From positions 1 through 64,000 of the forward strand of contig MU626267.1 of assembly GCA_025603075.1 (NCBI GenBank): 64,000 bases of DNA, written 5' to 3'. Below, piece by piece: positions 25,774 to 38,392 of the stretch (its first letter is position 1; each line of letters begins with the position of its first letter). The notes beneath the pieces were generated by a model that searched no databases, was not told where the DNA came from, and saw nothing but the letters and a program-made list of their open reading frames with translations. The stretch comes from Neoconidiobolus thromboides FSU 785 (Eukaryota > Fungi > Entomophthoromycota). The translations under genes and the position numbers were made by a program.

Positions 25774-26970
25774 ATGAAGTTTCATTATAGATACATATTT
25801 CTATCATTTATGGCAGCAACAATAGTTTTTTTAATAGTGGTGTTAATATATGGAGCCCAAAAGAAGGAAGGTGATGATACAAAATATTTGACATGGGAGG
25901 TACCAGGGTTTGCATATATAAATAATCAAATGATATTACATGTAGCTTCAGAGTTATATAATCCAACTAATAGAAAGGTTGTTCATCCTAAGTTATGGTT
26001 TCCATCAATTTATAATACTCAAAATAAATACGTTGGGATAAATGAGTTGTATGAAGAAAAGTTTGAAAATTTAACAGATGAAACTTATAAAGATGTAGAT
26101 ACCGTCAGTGAAGCACAATCATCAGATGATAATTATATCCGCATAAATAATAGCAGAGAATCCTATTGGAGTTATATGTACCCTAGGTTTATAATTTATA
26201 CTTTTGTAATAGGCGGAAATTGGAGAAAACAGGCACATTCAATAATGAATCGATATCAATATAAAAAAGGAGGTATAATAAATAAATGTATTGAAATGGC
26301 AAAAGAACAATATCCTATAAAAGAGAGTATTGGTATTCATTTAAGGACGTGGAATAAAGATGTTTCGTTAGTAAACTCACATGAGTGTGATAAAATATAT
26401 CACAATAATCCCTTAAAGTTATTATGGTCTTGTAAATTAGATGAAAATAATGTAAGTAATATGATTGATTGGTTATCAAATGACAAAGATACACCTATTT
26501 TGGTTGCAACTGATGATTCACATTCTTCACTTATTTCTAACTTAAAGAGTAAATATTCAAAATTATATCTAATTAATTATGATAAGTTATTAAATCAATG
26601 TTTTAATGAAACTAAAGAATTTGATCAAAAATGGATGAAAGTACACGGATTAGCAATTATAGATAATGAATTATTAGCTAATACTGGCCAATTTATTGGT
26701 AATTTATTTTCAACTTTTTCTGATATTGTAGCTATAAAGAGAGAAAATAATAGTTATTTTGTGCAAAATACTCATCAATATTTATTAGAACATTATTTAT
26801 TTTTATGGGTATTCTTAATATTATGTCTTATCTTTAGTCCATTTGTTTTCTTAATTTATCATTGTAAGTTAAGATATAATAATGGCAATAAATACATACG
26901 ATTAAACAATGATGATGTTGGTGCTATAAACTTGAGTGATGTAAATAATAACTCAAATAATAGTAATTAA
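25774..26970 (+). CDS. GDP-fucose O-fucosyltransferase-like (GT-B) protein with N- and C-terminal TM segments
   Basis: GFAYINNQ...RKVVHP, IGIHLRT, ILVATDD and FIGNLFSTFS motifs. Confidence 0.72.
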   Translation: MKFHYRYIFLSFMAATIVFLIVVLIYGAQKKEGDDTKYLTWEVPGFAYINNQMILHVASELYNPTNRKVVHPKLWFPSIYNTQNKYVGINELYEEKFENLTDETYKDVDTVSEAQSSDDNYIRINNSRESYWSYMYPRFIIYTFVIGGNWRKQAHSIMNRYQYKKGGIINKCIEMAKEQYPIKESIGIHLRTWNKDVSLVNSHECDKIYHNNPLKLLWSCKLDENNVSNMIDWLSNDKDTPILVATDDSHSSLISNLKSKYSKLYLINYDKLLNQCFNETKEFDQKWMKVHGLAIIDNELLANTGQFIGNLFSTFSDIVAIKRENNSYFVQNTHQYLLEHYLFLWVFLILCLIFSPFVFLIYHCKLRYNNGNKYIRLNNDDVGAINLSDVNNNSNNSN

Positions 26971-27095
26971 TAAAAAGCTCTAACTTTATTTTTATTTTTA
27001 TTTTTATTTTTATTTTTATATAAATTAGGGCTTATTAAAATATTTCTTATTTCATAAATATCAACTATTTAATAAACAACTTAGTAGTGTAATAT

Positions 27096-27195
27096 GGAGA
27101 TGTTTTAGCTTCATCACTTTCTATCTTTTAAGCGCTATTTGAGCAGAAAAATTCTTGGTAAAATCCTTAAACACAAAATACAAAATACAATTCTA
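27096..27195 (-). mobile_element. MITE copy, right end eroded
   Basis: ATAT+GGAGATG start; internal GCGCTATTTTGAGCAGAAAAATT. Confidence 0.75.
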
Positions 27196-28249
27196 CATTT
27201 AAAAGATTGTTTTAAAATTTTATATTATCTATCCGATACATTAAAATAAAATGCTACTGTGTAAACATTTGACAGCTTCTCTAAAAATGAATATTTTTCA
27301 AGCTTGGCTTTATTATTTCAAATCCACTTATTAGTACTTCATTCACAATATTTCATGCTACTTTATATTTGAATTATAATCATACTAGAAATATACCATT
27401 TATAACTTTTCTTGAATTAATATACTCTAGTAAGTATTTGAGATAAGATCTTGGACTATGTTAGTTTATTTTTAAATATACGCATATAAGGTAAGATACA
27501 AAAATAATTAGTAAACATATATGTATAATTATTTTTGAAACTAGCTTCATTAACCTTTAAGTATGGTAAATATGAATAATTTAAAAATAAAATATCACTT
27601 GCATAAAAGCTTAACTGCAAAATATAAATTAATGCAATATAATAATTTTTTAATTTAATCTAATAATAGAATAAAAATTAACATAAGTAAATTTAATAAT
27701 AGAATGGAACAAAAATCTTAATGCTAATAAAATGGGTTTTTTAAAGCGTTGGCATTTATTTTTTAGATTTTTCATTTAGCTATTTTTATATTTTGGTTTG
27801 AAATTTTCAACCATTTTTTGTAGAAATTGGTTAAAATTATTGTAAATATTGAAACCTAAATACCAATTTCGATTACTACTAATCCAATTTAAACGAAATT
27901 AAACTTTTTACTTTGTTATTTTTATTTGTTTAAGCTTTTACTTGCATTTAATTTCTCAATGATAATTGAATTTTTAACTTAAAGTTTTGACAAATTAAAA
28001 AATTCAATTTCATTTAAATTTGATGAACAATATAATCTAAAACTTGGTAATAATCTAAGGGACTTTTTAACTGTTAAAGCATAAATTAACTGGGGTATTT
28101 CATTATTATTATTAACTTTAAACTAAAAATAAAAACTAAAAATTGAGAAATTACACTATAAAAGCATCGAAAATGATACATCAAATAATCAAGAAATTTA
28201 AGTAGTAACAATCATTTATTAATTCATTAATACTACTCTAATCCTCAAA

Positions 28250-28942
28250 ATGTTTAAATCTATCTCACTCATGGTTGGCTTAGCTTTGACTTCCGTCCTT
28301 GCTGTTCCAGTACCAAACAATTCAGTATCTCAAGTAAGCGGCTCGGGTGCTATTGGTGGCTCTACCAATGGGGGAAGTGCTTCTGTAAGCTCATCATTTG
28401 GTTCAGCAGCTGGAAGTGGCTCTACATCAAATTATGGAACAAGCGCTGGTGTTGCTTCAGGCTCAAATTCTTCTTTTGGTGCTAGTTCAAATGTATCAAG
28501 TGGTACTGCTAATCAATACGGTAACGCTTTTTCATCAGGAAATAATGCCATCAATGGCGCAACTGGTAATTCTGGATTTGTTAATGTAGGATCTAGTTTC
28601 GGAAGTGGAAGTAATAATGGGTATGGTTCCAATGCCAATTCTTTTGGTACTGGATCTACTTCGGGTGTCACTTCAGGCAACGCTGGCTTTGGTGCTTCTT
28701 CTGGCTTCCAAGCTTCTCAAAGTAATTTCTTAAACTCATCTGGGGTCACTGGATCAGGGACTAGTTACGGTCAATCCCTTGGTTCATATTCAGGTACCAA
28801 TGCTGGGAATAATGTAGCAGTTATTTCTAATGGAGCTGGAACTGTTGGTACTTCTAATAACTTTGGTTCATCTACCGGAGTCGGGATTATCGGTGCTGGT
28901 ACTAATTTCAATGGCTTTAACAAGGCTACCTCATATCACTAA
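28250..28942 (+). CDS. Secreted Gly/Ser/Asn-rich low-complexity protein (230 aa)
   Basis: Signal peptide (MFKSISLMVGLALTSVLA|VP); GC-richer coding-like sequence; recurring (S/N)(F/Y)G; downstream AATAAA. Confidence 0.85.
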   Translation: MFKSISLMVGLALTSVLAVPVPNNSVSQVSGSGAIGGSTNGGSASVSSSFGSAAGSGSTSNYGTSAGVASGSNSSFGASSNVSSGTANQYGNAFSSGNNAINGATGNSGFVNVGSSFGSGSNNGYGSNANSFGTGSTSGVTSGNAGFGASSGFQASQSNFLNSSGVTGSGTSYGQSLGSYSGTNAGNNVAVISNGAGTVGTSNNFGSSTGVGIIGAGTNFNGFNKATSYH

Positions 28943-29048
28943 TTTGTAAATAAAAGGTTAATTTTGAAAACTACTTAAATTTTTCAGATATTGTTTTTAC
29001 AACAATTACTTATTTTAAAAAAAAATAGACCATTATTTGAAAATACAT

Positions 29049-29147
29049 GGGGATGTATTTTTGTGTTTAAGAATTTTACTAACAATTTTTCCACATAAAT
29101 AGCGCTTAAAAAATGCAAAAAATAATAAGGCTAAAAAAAACATCCCC
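29049..29147 (+). mobile_element. MITE copy
   Basis: GGGGATG...CATCCCC; ACAT/ATAT flanks; 106 bp after the stop of the GS-rich gene. Confidence 0.9.
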
Positions 29148-30101
29148 ATATTACTAAATAAAAAATAAATTATAATTAGTAGGCCAAAAACATTTAGGTA
29201 CATTAACAATAAGAGCTTTGATGTAGCTTACTTGATAAGTTTTTGAAATCGTTTTAATGAAGATGTTCCATATTTAGCAAAAATATTCATGTATTAACTA
29301 TAGGTTAATTTTAATATAATTTTCTCTTAATTAATACTAATTAAACATTAGAGCTACTAAATTTAGAATTAAAGGTCTCTTAATTAAAATAATATTTTAA
29401 ATTGCTATGGTTCAGATCAACGTAATCCTCATTATAAATATACTATGTGTTATTGGTATATTTGATCTCCCAAGATTGAAATTATTTTAGAACATGATAT
29501 GGGAATACATTTTTATGTTGAAAAATTGCTAGTAAATTCTTGAGCAAAAAGAAACCTTATATCTATAAAACATATACACAAGCTAGAAAACAATTTTATA
29601 AAAAAATTGTATTTAACTTGATGCCATAATATACTTAATTTAATGCTATAATACAATCAAAAGTTAAAGGCATGTAAATCGTCTTTAATATTTAAAAATT
29701 ACTAGCATATAACTTTCCAAGTTATAATGTTTTCTATTTATTATTTTGTATATTGATTCATAAAACAACTAAATAAGAACATTTTAATTTCAAAATATTA
29801 AGTCATACCATAAAAAATAATCCAAAATAAGAATAAAATATCCGATAATTTATATATTTACTTAAGGGTTTAACACTTGTTATAACCAAAATTTTTAAAT
29901 GATTTACTATTTACATTACGTGTCATTAAGTGATATGCCAAATGGTTGAAATATTAAGGTGGAGTGAGTAAAATAGGAGATATAAAAACAGGAGTATTTC
30001 AAATGTGATAGATGCCAAGGAATATCAAACATTAACCAGTTTTTTGAGCTATACAAAAGCATATAAAAGTAAAATGAAGTACGGGTTAATCTTTCAAAAA
30101 A

Positions 30102-30530
30102 ATGCTAAACATATCTAGAGTTCTTTTGCTCTCTAGCATCTTTGCTATTTTGGCATCAAATGTGAATGGCTCTACCAATTACGAAGTAAAATGTAGCTCG
30201 AATTTTAAAAAACTCAGCCACCCTAATAATGAAATTAAATATAGAATGGATTGCTATTGCTCTACTGTATACAATGGTGAAAAATTATCGACTTCTTGTG
30301 TTCAAAATGGAAGAACCACTTCCGATCTTATCTGTACTTCTGCATTTGAGGATGTAAGTAGTGATGGCGAACTTGGGTTAAAATTCGAAAACTGCTCTAG
30401 TGACAATACTGTTGTTAAAATCAACTTCCCTAAGTCTGGAACTAGTGTTGAATCTAAAATTGAATTCAATTGCGTCAACACTGATCAATCTAATTTGGAT
30501 TGTAACAGTATTGGAAACATCTCGAGTTAG
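30102..30530 (+). CDS. Small secreted Cys-rich protein (142 aa, 8 Cys), effector-like
   Basis: Hydrophobic signal peptide; 8 Cys in the mature part; a decayed paralog at 46292-46711 supports a real gene. Confidence 0.8.
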   Translation: MLNISRVLLLSSIFAILASNVNGSTNYEVKCSSNFKKLSHPNNEIKYRMDCYCSTVYNGEKLSTSCVQNGRTTSDLICTSAFEDVSSDGELGLKFENCSSDNTVVKINFPKSGTSVESKIEFNCVNTDQSNLDCNSIGNISS

Positions 30531-31130
30531 TTTTAATAAACTATAAAGTGGTCTTATAAACTTTTATACATTCAAAAAAATCAATTTTATCGATAATATA
30601 AATGATCTTCGGTCTAGAGTTTAAATATTATAATATACAATAAGACTTTGTAATGGTTAAGGAAGTCAAATCAAAATCTTTGTAATTAGACAAATATTTT
30701 TATCATAATAACTAGGAATATTTTGATAGTTTTATGAGTTGAAAAATGTTATGAATACTCCAGATAGATGCTAAATCATACTTAGGTATTAAAATGTTCA
30801 TAGTTAATATAGATAGTGTTACCGCAACAAAGAGATAATTTAATAAATGTTCTAAAATTCATCAAGGATAAAGCAAACAAGGATTATCATTTCTCAGTTT
30901 GATGTAAACAGATGATAATTCATGCTATTTATGATTTTCTTCAGAGAGATTTTAGTTAAATTACCAGTTAATAAAACATTAGTCTAAATTTTAATCATAT
31001 AACGAATAGGATTATTTCTAATTAAAACTATCTTTTACAAAAGCTAATAAAAAACAAAAGTTTGAAAGCTAAACTAATATTGAAAAATGTATTTTTTTAA
31101 TAAATTAAAATTAAAAATTCAATAACATAT

Positions 31131-31226
31131 GTGGATGTCTTTTTTGGCTTCGCTTTTTTCATTTTTTAAGTGCTACTCAAGAGGAAAATTTGTTAGTAAA
31201 ATTCTTAAACACAAAAATACATCCCC
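31131..31226 (-). mobile_element. MITE copy
   Basis: ATAT/ATAT flanks. Confidence 0.88.
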
Positions 31227-31387
31227 ATATTATATTTAAATCAATATTAAGATGATAAAGTTTAATAACATAAAATTGATGCAATGAATTTTGAAAATAC
31301 AATTACTGAATTAAAGTAGTATTAGAAGAATTTTGTTAGCAACATTTATATAAATTATATCATCTTGTCTAAGATTAAACTACATAT

Positions 31388-31477
31388 AGGGGTGTTTTAG
31401 TCTCATCACTTTTTCATTAAGTGCTATTTGAGTGGGAAAATTGTTAGTAAAATTCTTAAATATAGAAATGCGCTCCC
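31388..31477 (-). mobile_element. MITE copy (diverged)
   Basis: ATAT/ATGT flanks; internal consensus. Confidence 0.8.
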
Positions 31478-32579
31478 ATGTTTTCATTTTCAAGTAATAA
31501 AAAGATCATTTAACTAGTTATAGAATCGATTAGAAATAGTATTCCTTTCGAAAATATAAGAAACTTAAAAGTAATAGAAAATACATGAAGAGTTTAGGTT
31601 GATTAAGGTACCGGAATATTAAGTCAAGGCTGTATTTAGTAGTATACTATTATAATAAAATGATATTGAAAGTTTTACACGTCAATGGATAGTGGCATCA
31701 TTTATTTATAAAATACCATTGTTTTACTGAAACTTAATTGCTAAATATAATGATAACCTTCATTTTGTAAATTGTAGTAAATTTGGTTCATACAGTTTTG
31801 ATTACAATTATAATAGAGATAGCTTATAATGTCGAGTCTATAATGAAGTTTTAATTTAAATATAAAAGCTCTATTTAATAAAGAAAGTCAAAACTGAGGG
31901 CATCATATTCTTATTGTTTTCAACATATGGAAAAAATGGGCTTCTTCATATGTAAAATAGCAATACCCCTAGTGTTAAATATTAACTATAAATTCCATGT
32001 CACGATTAAGCTCTTTATAGTCAAATGATTTAAATTTGAAAGTAGGTTTTTGATTTTATCTAGTTGATTACAAATCCCTATAGAATTAAAATCGAAAGTT
32101 GTAATGCTTATTATCTTGGTTATTGATGCACCTTAAACTTAAGGTAACTTTTAGCTAATAATTTTATCTACAAATAAAAAACACTTATAATAATTTTTTA
32201 TATGACCAAATTTAACATGATAGTTTGAAATTCCTTCTAATATAATCAAAAGCATTCACTTCACTTTAACTCCATTTTAATAAATAATAATAGAATAATA
32301 AATATTCTTGCTTTTATATTTGGTCTTTAGATTTTGCAAAGCGTGCGCAGTGCATCCAGCCTATATTAGGCAAGTAACAAACAAAGTGTGCATAAAATAT
32401 TCTATAAAGTACTTTGTTTTCGATGAATTTCATAGTTGTAAGTTGCTATTGGGTAAATAATTAGGATTGTTCTTTATTATTAGGATTTTTAAAAAAGCTC
32501 TTATCAAATGAGTTCTCATATATCTTCGCTGCTTAGCTAAACTAGAAACGGTATTTATATACAACTAATTTTATTTTTT

Positions 32580-32861
32580 TTATAAAGAATTATACTTATA
32601 ATCATTATTGAAACCAGAATCTCGATTTTCATCAATATAGTTCAACTGAAAATACGGTACTTCTACGGAATTTTCAATTGAAAGAAGGCTGTAGGTTGAG
32701 GTTGGAGAAGGTGGATCAGGACAACCTGGAAACGTGATGGTAAAGGTAGAGGGTAACAAAAGAGGTATCTCATCCCTCTTACGACATCTTTCGCTGCAGT
32801 AAAGCTCGGTATCTGAGTAATCAATATGTTGACCACAGATGGTGCACCAACTTGTATCCAT
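32580..32861 (-). CDS. ecl1: Ecl1-family small Zn-finger protein, copy 2
   Basis: MDTSWCTICGQHI...LYCSERCRKRD; close paralog of 17417-17701. Confidence 0.8.
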   Translation of the reverse strand: MDTSWCTICGQHIDYSDTELYCSERCRKRDEIPLLLPSTFTITFPGCPDPPSPTSTYSLLSIENSVEVPYFQLNYIDENRDSGFNNDYKYNSL

Positions 32862-33288
32862 TATATTTACAGTTTCAAGGATGGAAATAATTAGTTTTAG
32901 TTTAATGAATCGAAACAAACACGCTGACCCTTTAATTCAATAAAGTTGTTAACGAGGAAGTTTTTCTTTCAGTTAAGCTTAGAGTATAAAAAAATGAAAA
33001 CTATCTTTTTATACAAGGTGTTTTAAAATTTTGCAGCTTTGAAGATTGCTTAGTCATCTGTTTTATGCACTTACTTATATTATTTGTTGTTTTCAATAAA
33101 AAAACATATATCTTTATGAAGAATACCATTGGTTAAAACTAACTACGGCTAATACTTTCAAAGCTGCTTTTGGTTCTATTAATAGCTTTAAATCCTGGTA
33201 CAAAACACAAGTTTGTAATCTCTTCAAGAATAATAATCAAGTATTATTTGATATTGCTTTTTTGGATTGATTTTATTAAACAAGATAT

Positions 33289-33385
33289 GTGGATATTTTT
33301 TTGGCTTTATTACTTTTTCATCTTTTTAACACTATTTGAGTGGAAAAGTTGTTAGTAAGATTCTTAAACACAAAAATACATCCCC
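33289..33385 (-). mobile_element. MITE copy
   Basis: ATAT/GTAT flanks. Confidence 0.85.
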
Positions 33386-34117
33386 GTATTATTTTTGAAG
33401 GCAAAAACTCAAAACATATATATCTATTTCAAACCTCATAACCATTGACTAGAAGAAGTTTATCTTAGAGCAGTCTTTTTGGTTATTATACCTAATGAAC
33501 AATTGCTGGTAAAATCATTCCTATGACGTTGAATTTTTTCATTTTTATTTTCAAATCATTATCCTTTATTTCATGAAAGTTATAGGCCTTATGCAATAAA
33601 GTAGGTTATATTCTAAACTATAATCAATAATTGTCTATATTTGCCAGTGACACTTTATGGCATCAAGTATTCAACCTGAGTTAGTTAAACCTAAGGAACG
33701 ATTTTTTCCCGGTCATGGCTTGTAAAGAAGTGTTAGACACAAATGCCACAAAAGCTTTTTTAATTTTAGAATTGCCTTATGAATATCATTTTAGTTTGCC
33801 ATCTATAAGAATGTTTCAGAAATAATCTCTTTTGAGCAAATCCACTAAGACGATGGTACAAAATTAATTATCATAACAGCTATAGCCTTTAATTTTTTAG
33901 TCTAAAGGAGAAATTGCTTTCGAAATAATCCTATACCTTTTAATTTTTGTAGATACCATATCATGTAGAAAATAGACAAAATAATGAAACAAAATTCATG
34001 TTAGCATATGATCTTGCAAGTTTAGACCCAAATCAGTGGAAAATTCATTTCGAGTTTTAACCAAGCTCTTTTGAGCTCACCTAGATATAAAAAATACAAA
34101 ACTACAGAATAATATAT

Positions 34118-34216
34118 GAGGATGTATTTTTTTGTTTAAGAATTTTACTAACAAATTTTCCACGCAAATAGCGCTTAAAAAATGGAAAAAGCAATGAAGT
34201 CAAAAAAAACACTCCC
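34118..34216 (+). mobile_element. MITE copy
   Basis: GAGGATG...CACTCCC; ATAT/ATAT flanks. Confidence 0.9.
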
Positions 34217-34964
34217 ATATAGTATAAAGTTAATAAAGCATTAACTAGTTATTATTTTTCCACCAGTCAAATCTTATATTACTAATATTGTTTTAGAGAA
34301 ATAGTTTGACCTTAAAATCTTTACTGAGCTATAGTCGTGCCGTTCATTTTATTAATTTAGTTATATATACTTATGAGTAGAAATATAAAATAAATATATA
34401 TGAAGGTCCAAGTTAAAAATTCCAAAAGAAATTATATCAGATAACTTTATTTTTAGGCTATTTTGTGAGCATTTCATTATTTAATACAAGCATTTAAACC
34501 CTGTGCTTATATCTAAAATATTATTAAAACAGGTCAAATCTAAAAATACCTCAAATTAGCTTTATTGATGCCTAATGAAGGCCTGAAGATAAAGTTTTAA
34601 AGGTATAAAAAGTAATAATCTAAATAAAAATAACTTTGTGTGTTGATGCTAAATACAACTGCTGCAACTTTATTGCAACTTATTTTGTGCTAATTTTTAG
34701 AGCCGATTGCTTGTTTGTTTTTAGAAAATTTCATTAGGCTCACTCATAATTTAGCAAAATTCTGCTTCTAAATGGATGGTTTGTTAAATCGCAATAGAGT
34801 TGCAACAACTATATTAAAAATAAAATTTAATAAAAGGCATAAATGAAGGCTGAATTTATTAAAGATGAACAAATGTATTAAACCAATAAGGTTGAAATTT
34901 TCAAAAGTATATAAAACGCAAATGGAAAACATCATATTAAGATAAAAAAATAAAAAAGAATAAG

Positions 34965-36486
34965 ATGAAAGAAATCGAGCGTTTAACACGTAAAAAGTCT
35001 TTAAATCCGTCATTATTGGATATCGAGTTGGCAGAAATCCCAAAACTTCAGTATACCAAATATCATAAATTTTTTTATTTGATTCTGGCTTCTTCAACCG
35101 CTGTTTTACCACCTTTAAGTAGTACGATTTATGTAAGCATTGAGTTAATAATAATATTAAAATATTTCTAAATTCTTACTTAGTTACCATCTCTTGTAGA
35201 AATTCAACATGAGCTTAATACAAATGAAACAATGATGGATTTATCTATTGCTCTCTTTTTGGTTTTCTTAGCTGTGACTGTAAGATTTAATGTTTAATAG
35301 CGTTATAAATCAATACTGATATTATTGTTACTTAGCCATTGATTTGGGGCAATTTGGCAGATTATTATGGTCGTAAAATAGTTTATGTTTCTTCTCTAAT
35401 CATTTTCATTATTGGTATATTTTTATTTTAAAGGCATTATCTAATTCATTAACACAGTAATGTGTAGGAAACATAGGACTACTTTTTAGCTCAAATATTT
35501 ATATACTATTAATAATGAGAGTAATACAAAGTATAGGATCAAGCTCCGGAAATGTGTGTGGGATAGGAACGATCAGTGATATCTATATTGAGGAAGAGCG
35601 TGGCTTTGCAATGGGAATATTTTTTCTAGGGGCAATGATAGGGCCTATTTTAGGGCCTATTTTGGGAGGGATATTATCAAAATATTTTAACTATAAATCA
35701 ATATTCATCTTTCTAATTATTTATGCCAGTATCATATTGATGTTAATTGTTTTCTTTTTAAAAGAAACAAACGTTCATGCTAAGCTTTATAAGGATAATC
35801 AGAAGATGAAAGATAGTAGAAAACATACATTTAAAATATTTAAATTTTTCCAGTTTATGAATTTTATTATTATAGTATTAATTATGCTTTATAATGGAAT
35901 TAATTTTGCAACATATATGTTATTAGAGACAAGTCACCCACTTATAATGACTCAAAAGTTTGATATGAATAGTTTCGATATAGGACTATCACTTATACCA
36001 ATTGGATGTGGTAACATAGTAGGCAGTATGGTAGTTGGCAAATTGAGTGATAAAATAAAAATCACTAATGAGAACAATAATACTGTAAAACACGAAAACA
36101 AATTCAAGATAATAATAGTAACTGGAGTAATAATTATATTAAACTATTTACTGTACTGTCTATTATTTAATGGTATTAATTCCATCTATATATTATTGGT
36201 GTTTCACTTCTTTATTGGATTTTCAAGCATAAGTATAATGATCATTACTTCAACATATTTAATTAATCTATTTCCCTCAAACTCGTCTTTAGTTTCTGCT
36301 TGTGCTAATTTTTTTCGGTACCTATTAGCAGCCATTTTAGCATCTTTCTCATCCACTTTATTGCGTCTATTGAATGTTCAAGGTTTATTTTTGCTCTTCA
36401 CTATTCTAGCAGTATTCGGCTATTTAATTGGTTTATTTATATTCTTTTTTGGAATGAAAATTCGATATGTAAAATTGTTTAAATAA
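34965..36486 (+). CDS. MFS drug:H+ antiporter (DHA1-like), 4 exons
   Basis: PLSSTIY|LPSL..., PLIWGNLADYYGRK (motif A), GPILGPILGG (motif C); GT-AG introns. Confidence 0.88.
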
Positions 36487-36534
36487 AGATTTATTACTAT
36501 TGAAATAATATTATAAAATTCCATTTTTGTTAAA

Positions 36535-38041
36535 ATGATGAAAAAAGTAATAAAATAACAACTAAATAATATAATATTAAATTTCAATAGAGGAGAGTTA
36601 CTGAAAGGATAGCTTTAAGCAATGCTAATATGATACCTTTGAATTCTGGCGAAAAAAAAGAGACTATATTAAAAGGAGAACCAAGAAAATATACTGTAAG
36701 TGTAGCAATACCTGGGTCAATAGTCGCAAATGCTCAATCCCAAGAGTTGAGAACTTATTTAGTTGGACAAGTAAAGAATAATAAGGATAAATAAATAAAT
36801 AAGTGAACTTTATATAAAATAGATAGCAAGAGCATTAGTAGTATTTAACGTGGATGAAGTAGTGGTATATAACGACAACTTAAGCCCTATTGAAGCACAA
36901 AATGCATACAAAGAAGTAGCAAGCGACTTATCGGGCACTTTTGAGCCAGCAAACAACATACAAAATCCGGATCTATTTATGGCCCGTGTTTTACAGTATC
37001 TGGAAACTCCACAGTAAGCCTTAAACTATAAAAAAAATTAATAATACTAAATTACATTGCATAAAGATATTTAAGAAAACAGTTGTTTCCTATTCATAAA
37101 GATTTGCAATTTGCTGGTAAATATTAGTATTGTTTAATACGCTTGGTTATTTAGCAAGTTATTAGGATTATTAAATCCACTAGATTGCCCACACCATTTA
37201 AGATCAAGCGAAATTTCTCGCTTTAGAGAAGGTATCATATTGAATAAGCCAATCAAACAAAACAAAGGCTCTTTTGCTTATTGTGGTTTAAAAAAAGTAA
37301 TAAATAGTAATAGTGTGTATTATACGCTAATAATCTAAGGAATTATCGCTTGATAAAAGTATTAAGCCAGGGACTCGTGTAACTGTAGAAATTGATGAAC
37401 AAGACAGAGATTGTAAAATAATAACATAAAATTAATAAGTAAATAATATCTTTAAATAGTCAATGCTATCAAATCAAGTTATATTCGTGGAAAAGTAGTA
37501 AGCTATAAAAAACCACGTGAAGAAGATGGTATTTATTGGGGTTATCAAGTGCGCCATGCTAGCAATTTATCGAATGTTTTCGATCAATCTCCATATAAAG
37601 TAAAAATTATTATTATAATTAATGCTATTTTATTAATAATCTAAAGGGCGGTTATGACTTAAAGATTGGTACTTCAGAAAGAGGAGAATCTATTGATAGT
37701 TTTCATTCTAAAATGCCCGAATTTAAGTAATTTATGATATTAAATATAGTTAAATATATTAATGAGTGGTCAGCCATTTAATTATAGTGTTTGGTGGTGT
37801 AGCAGGTATCGAGGCAGCTGTTGATGCAGATCAAAGTTTACAAATTGCTGGAGATGAAGCTTCTTCTCTTTTTGATTTTTGGATAAATACTTGTCCTTCT
37901 CAAGGATCTAGAACTATTCGTACTGAGGTAATATCGTTTCTATCATTGATATTTGTAATACTTACTTTTTTGCAGGAAGCTATTCTTGTCACTATTTCAG
38001 CATTAAGACCATCTATAGAATCTAAGGGTAAAAAGGTATGA
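36535..38041 (+). CDS. SPOUT1: SPOUT methyltransferase SPOUT1/C9orf114 (DUF171), multi-exon
   Basis: TVSVAIPGSIVANAQ, IARALVVFNVDEV, QYLETPQYLRK, LDCPHH, REG, GIYWGY, NTCPSQGSRTIRTEE. Confidence 0.9.
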
Positions 38042-38392
38042 AATATAGAAATTATGAATAGAAAAATAATAAAAGCAAAAAACTAAACACTAAAAGTACA
38101 AATTTATTATTTATATTTTTAAATAAAACTTTTAATCTATTATTTTAAGTTAAACATGTATTTTTTTATAGCTTATTTTTTTTACTAATGTTAATGATGA
38201 TTATTCTAATAACAGGGAATGAAAGAAATTAACCAATCAATTTATGATTAGTTTTATCATACCAAATTATAGATAAACTCAATATACTGATAGTGCAAAA
38301 TCTCTATCTTTTCAATAAGGGGCATAATGGATAGGTGGACGGCGAGATCTAGTATTAAATTAGCATTTTTGGACTCTAGATTATATTTTTAA

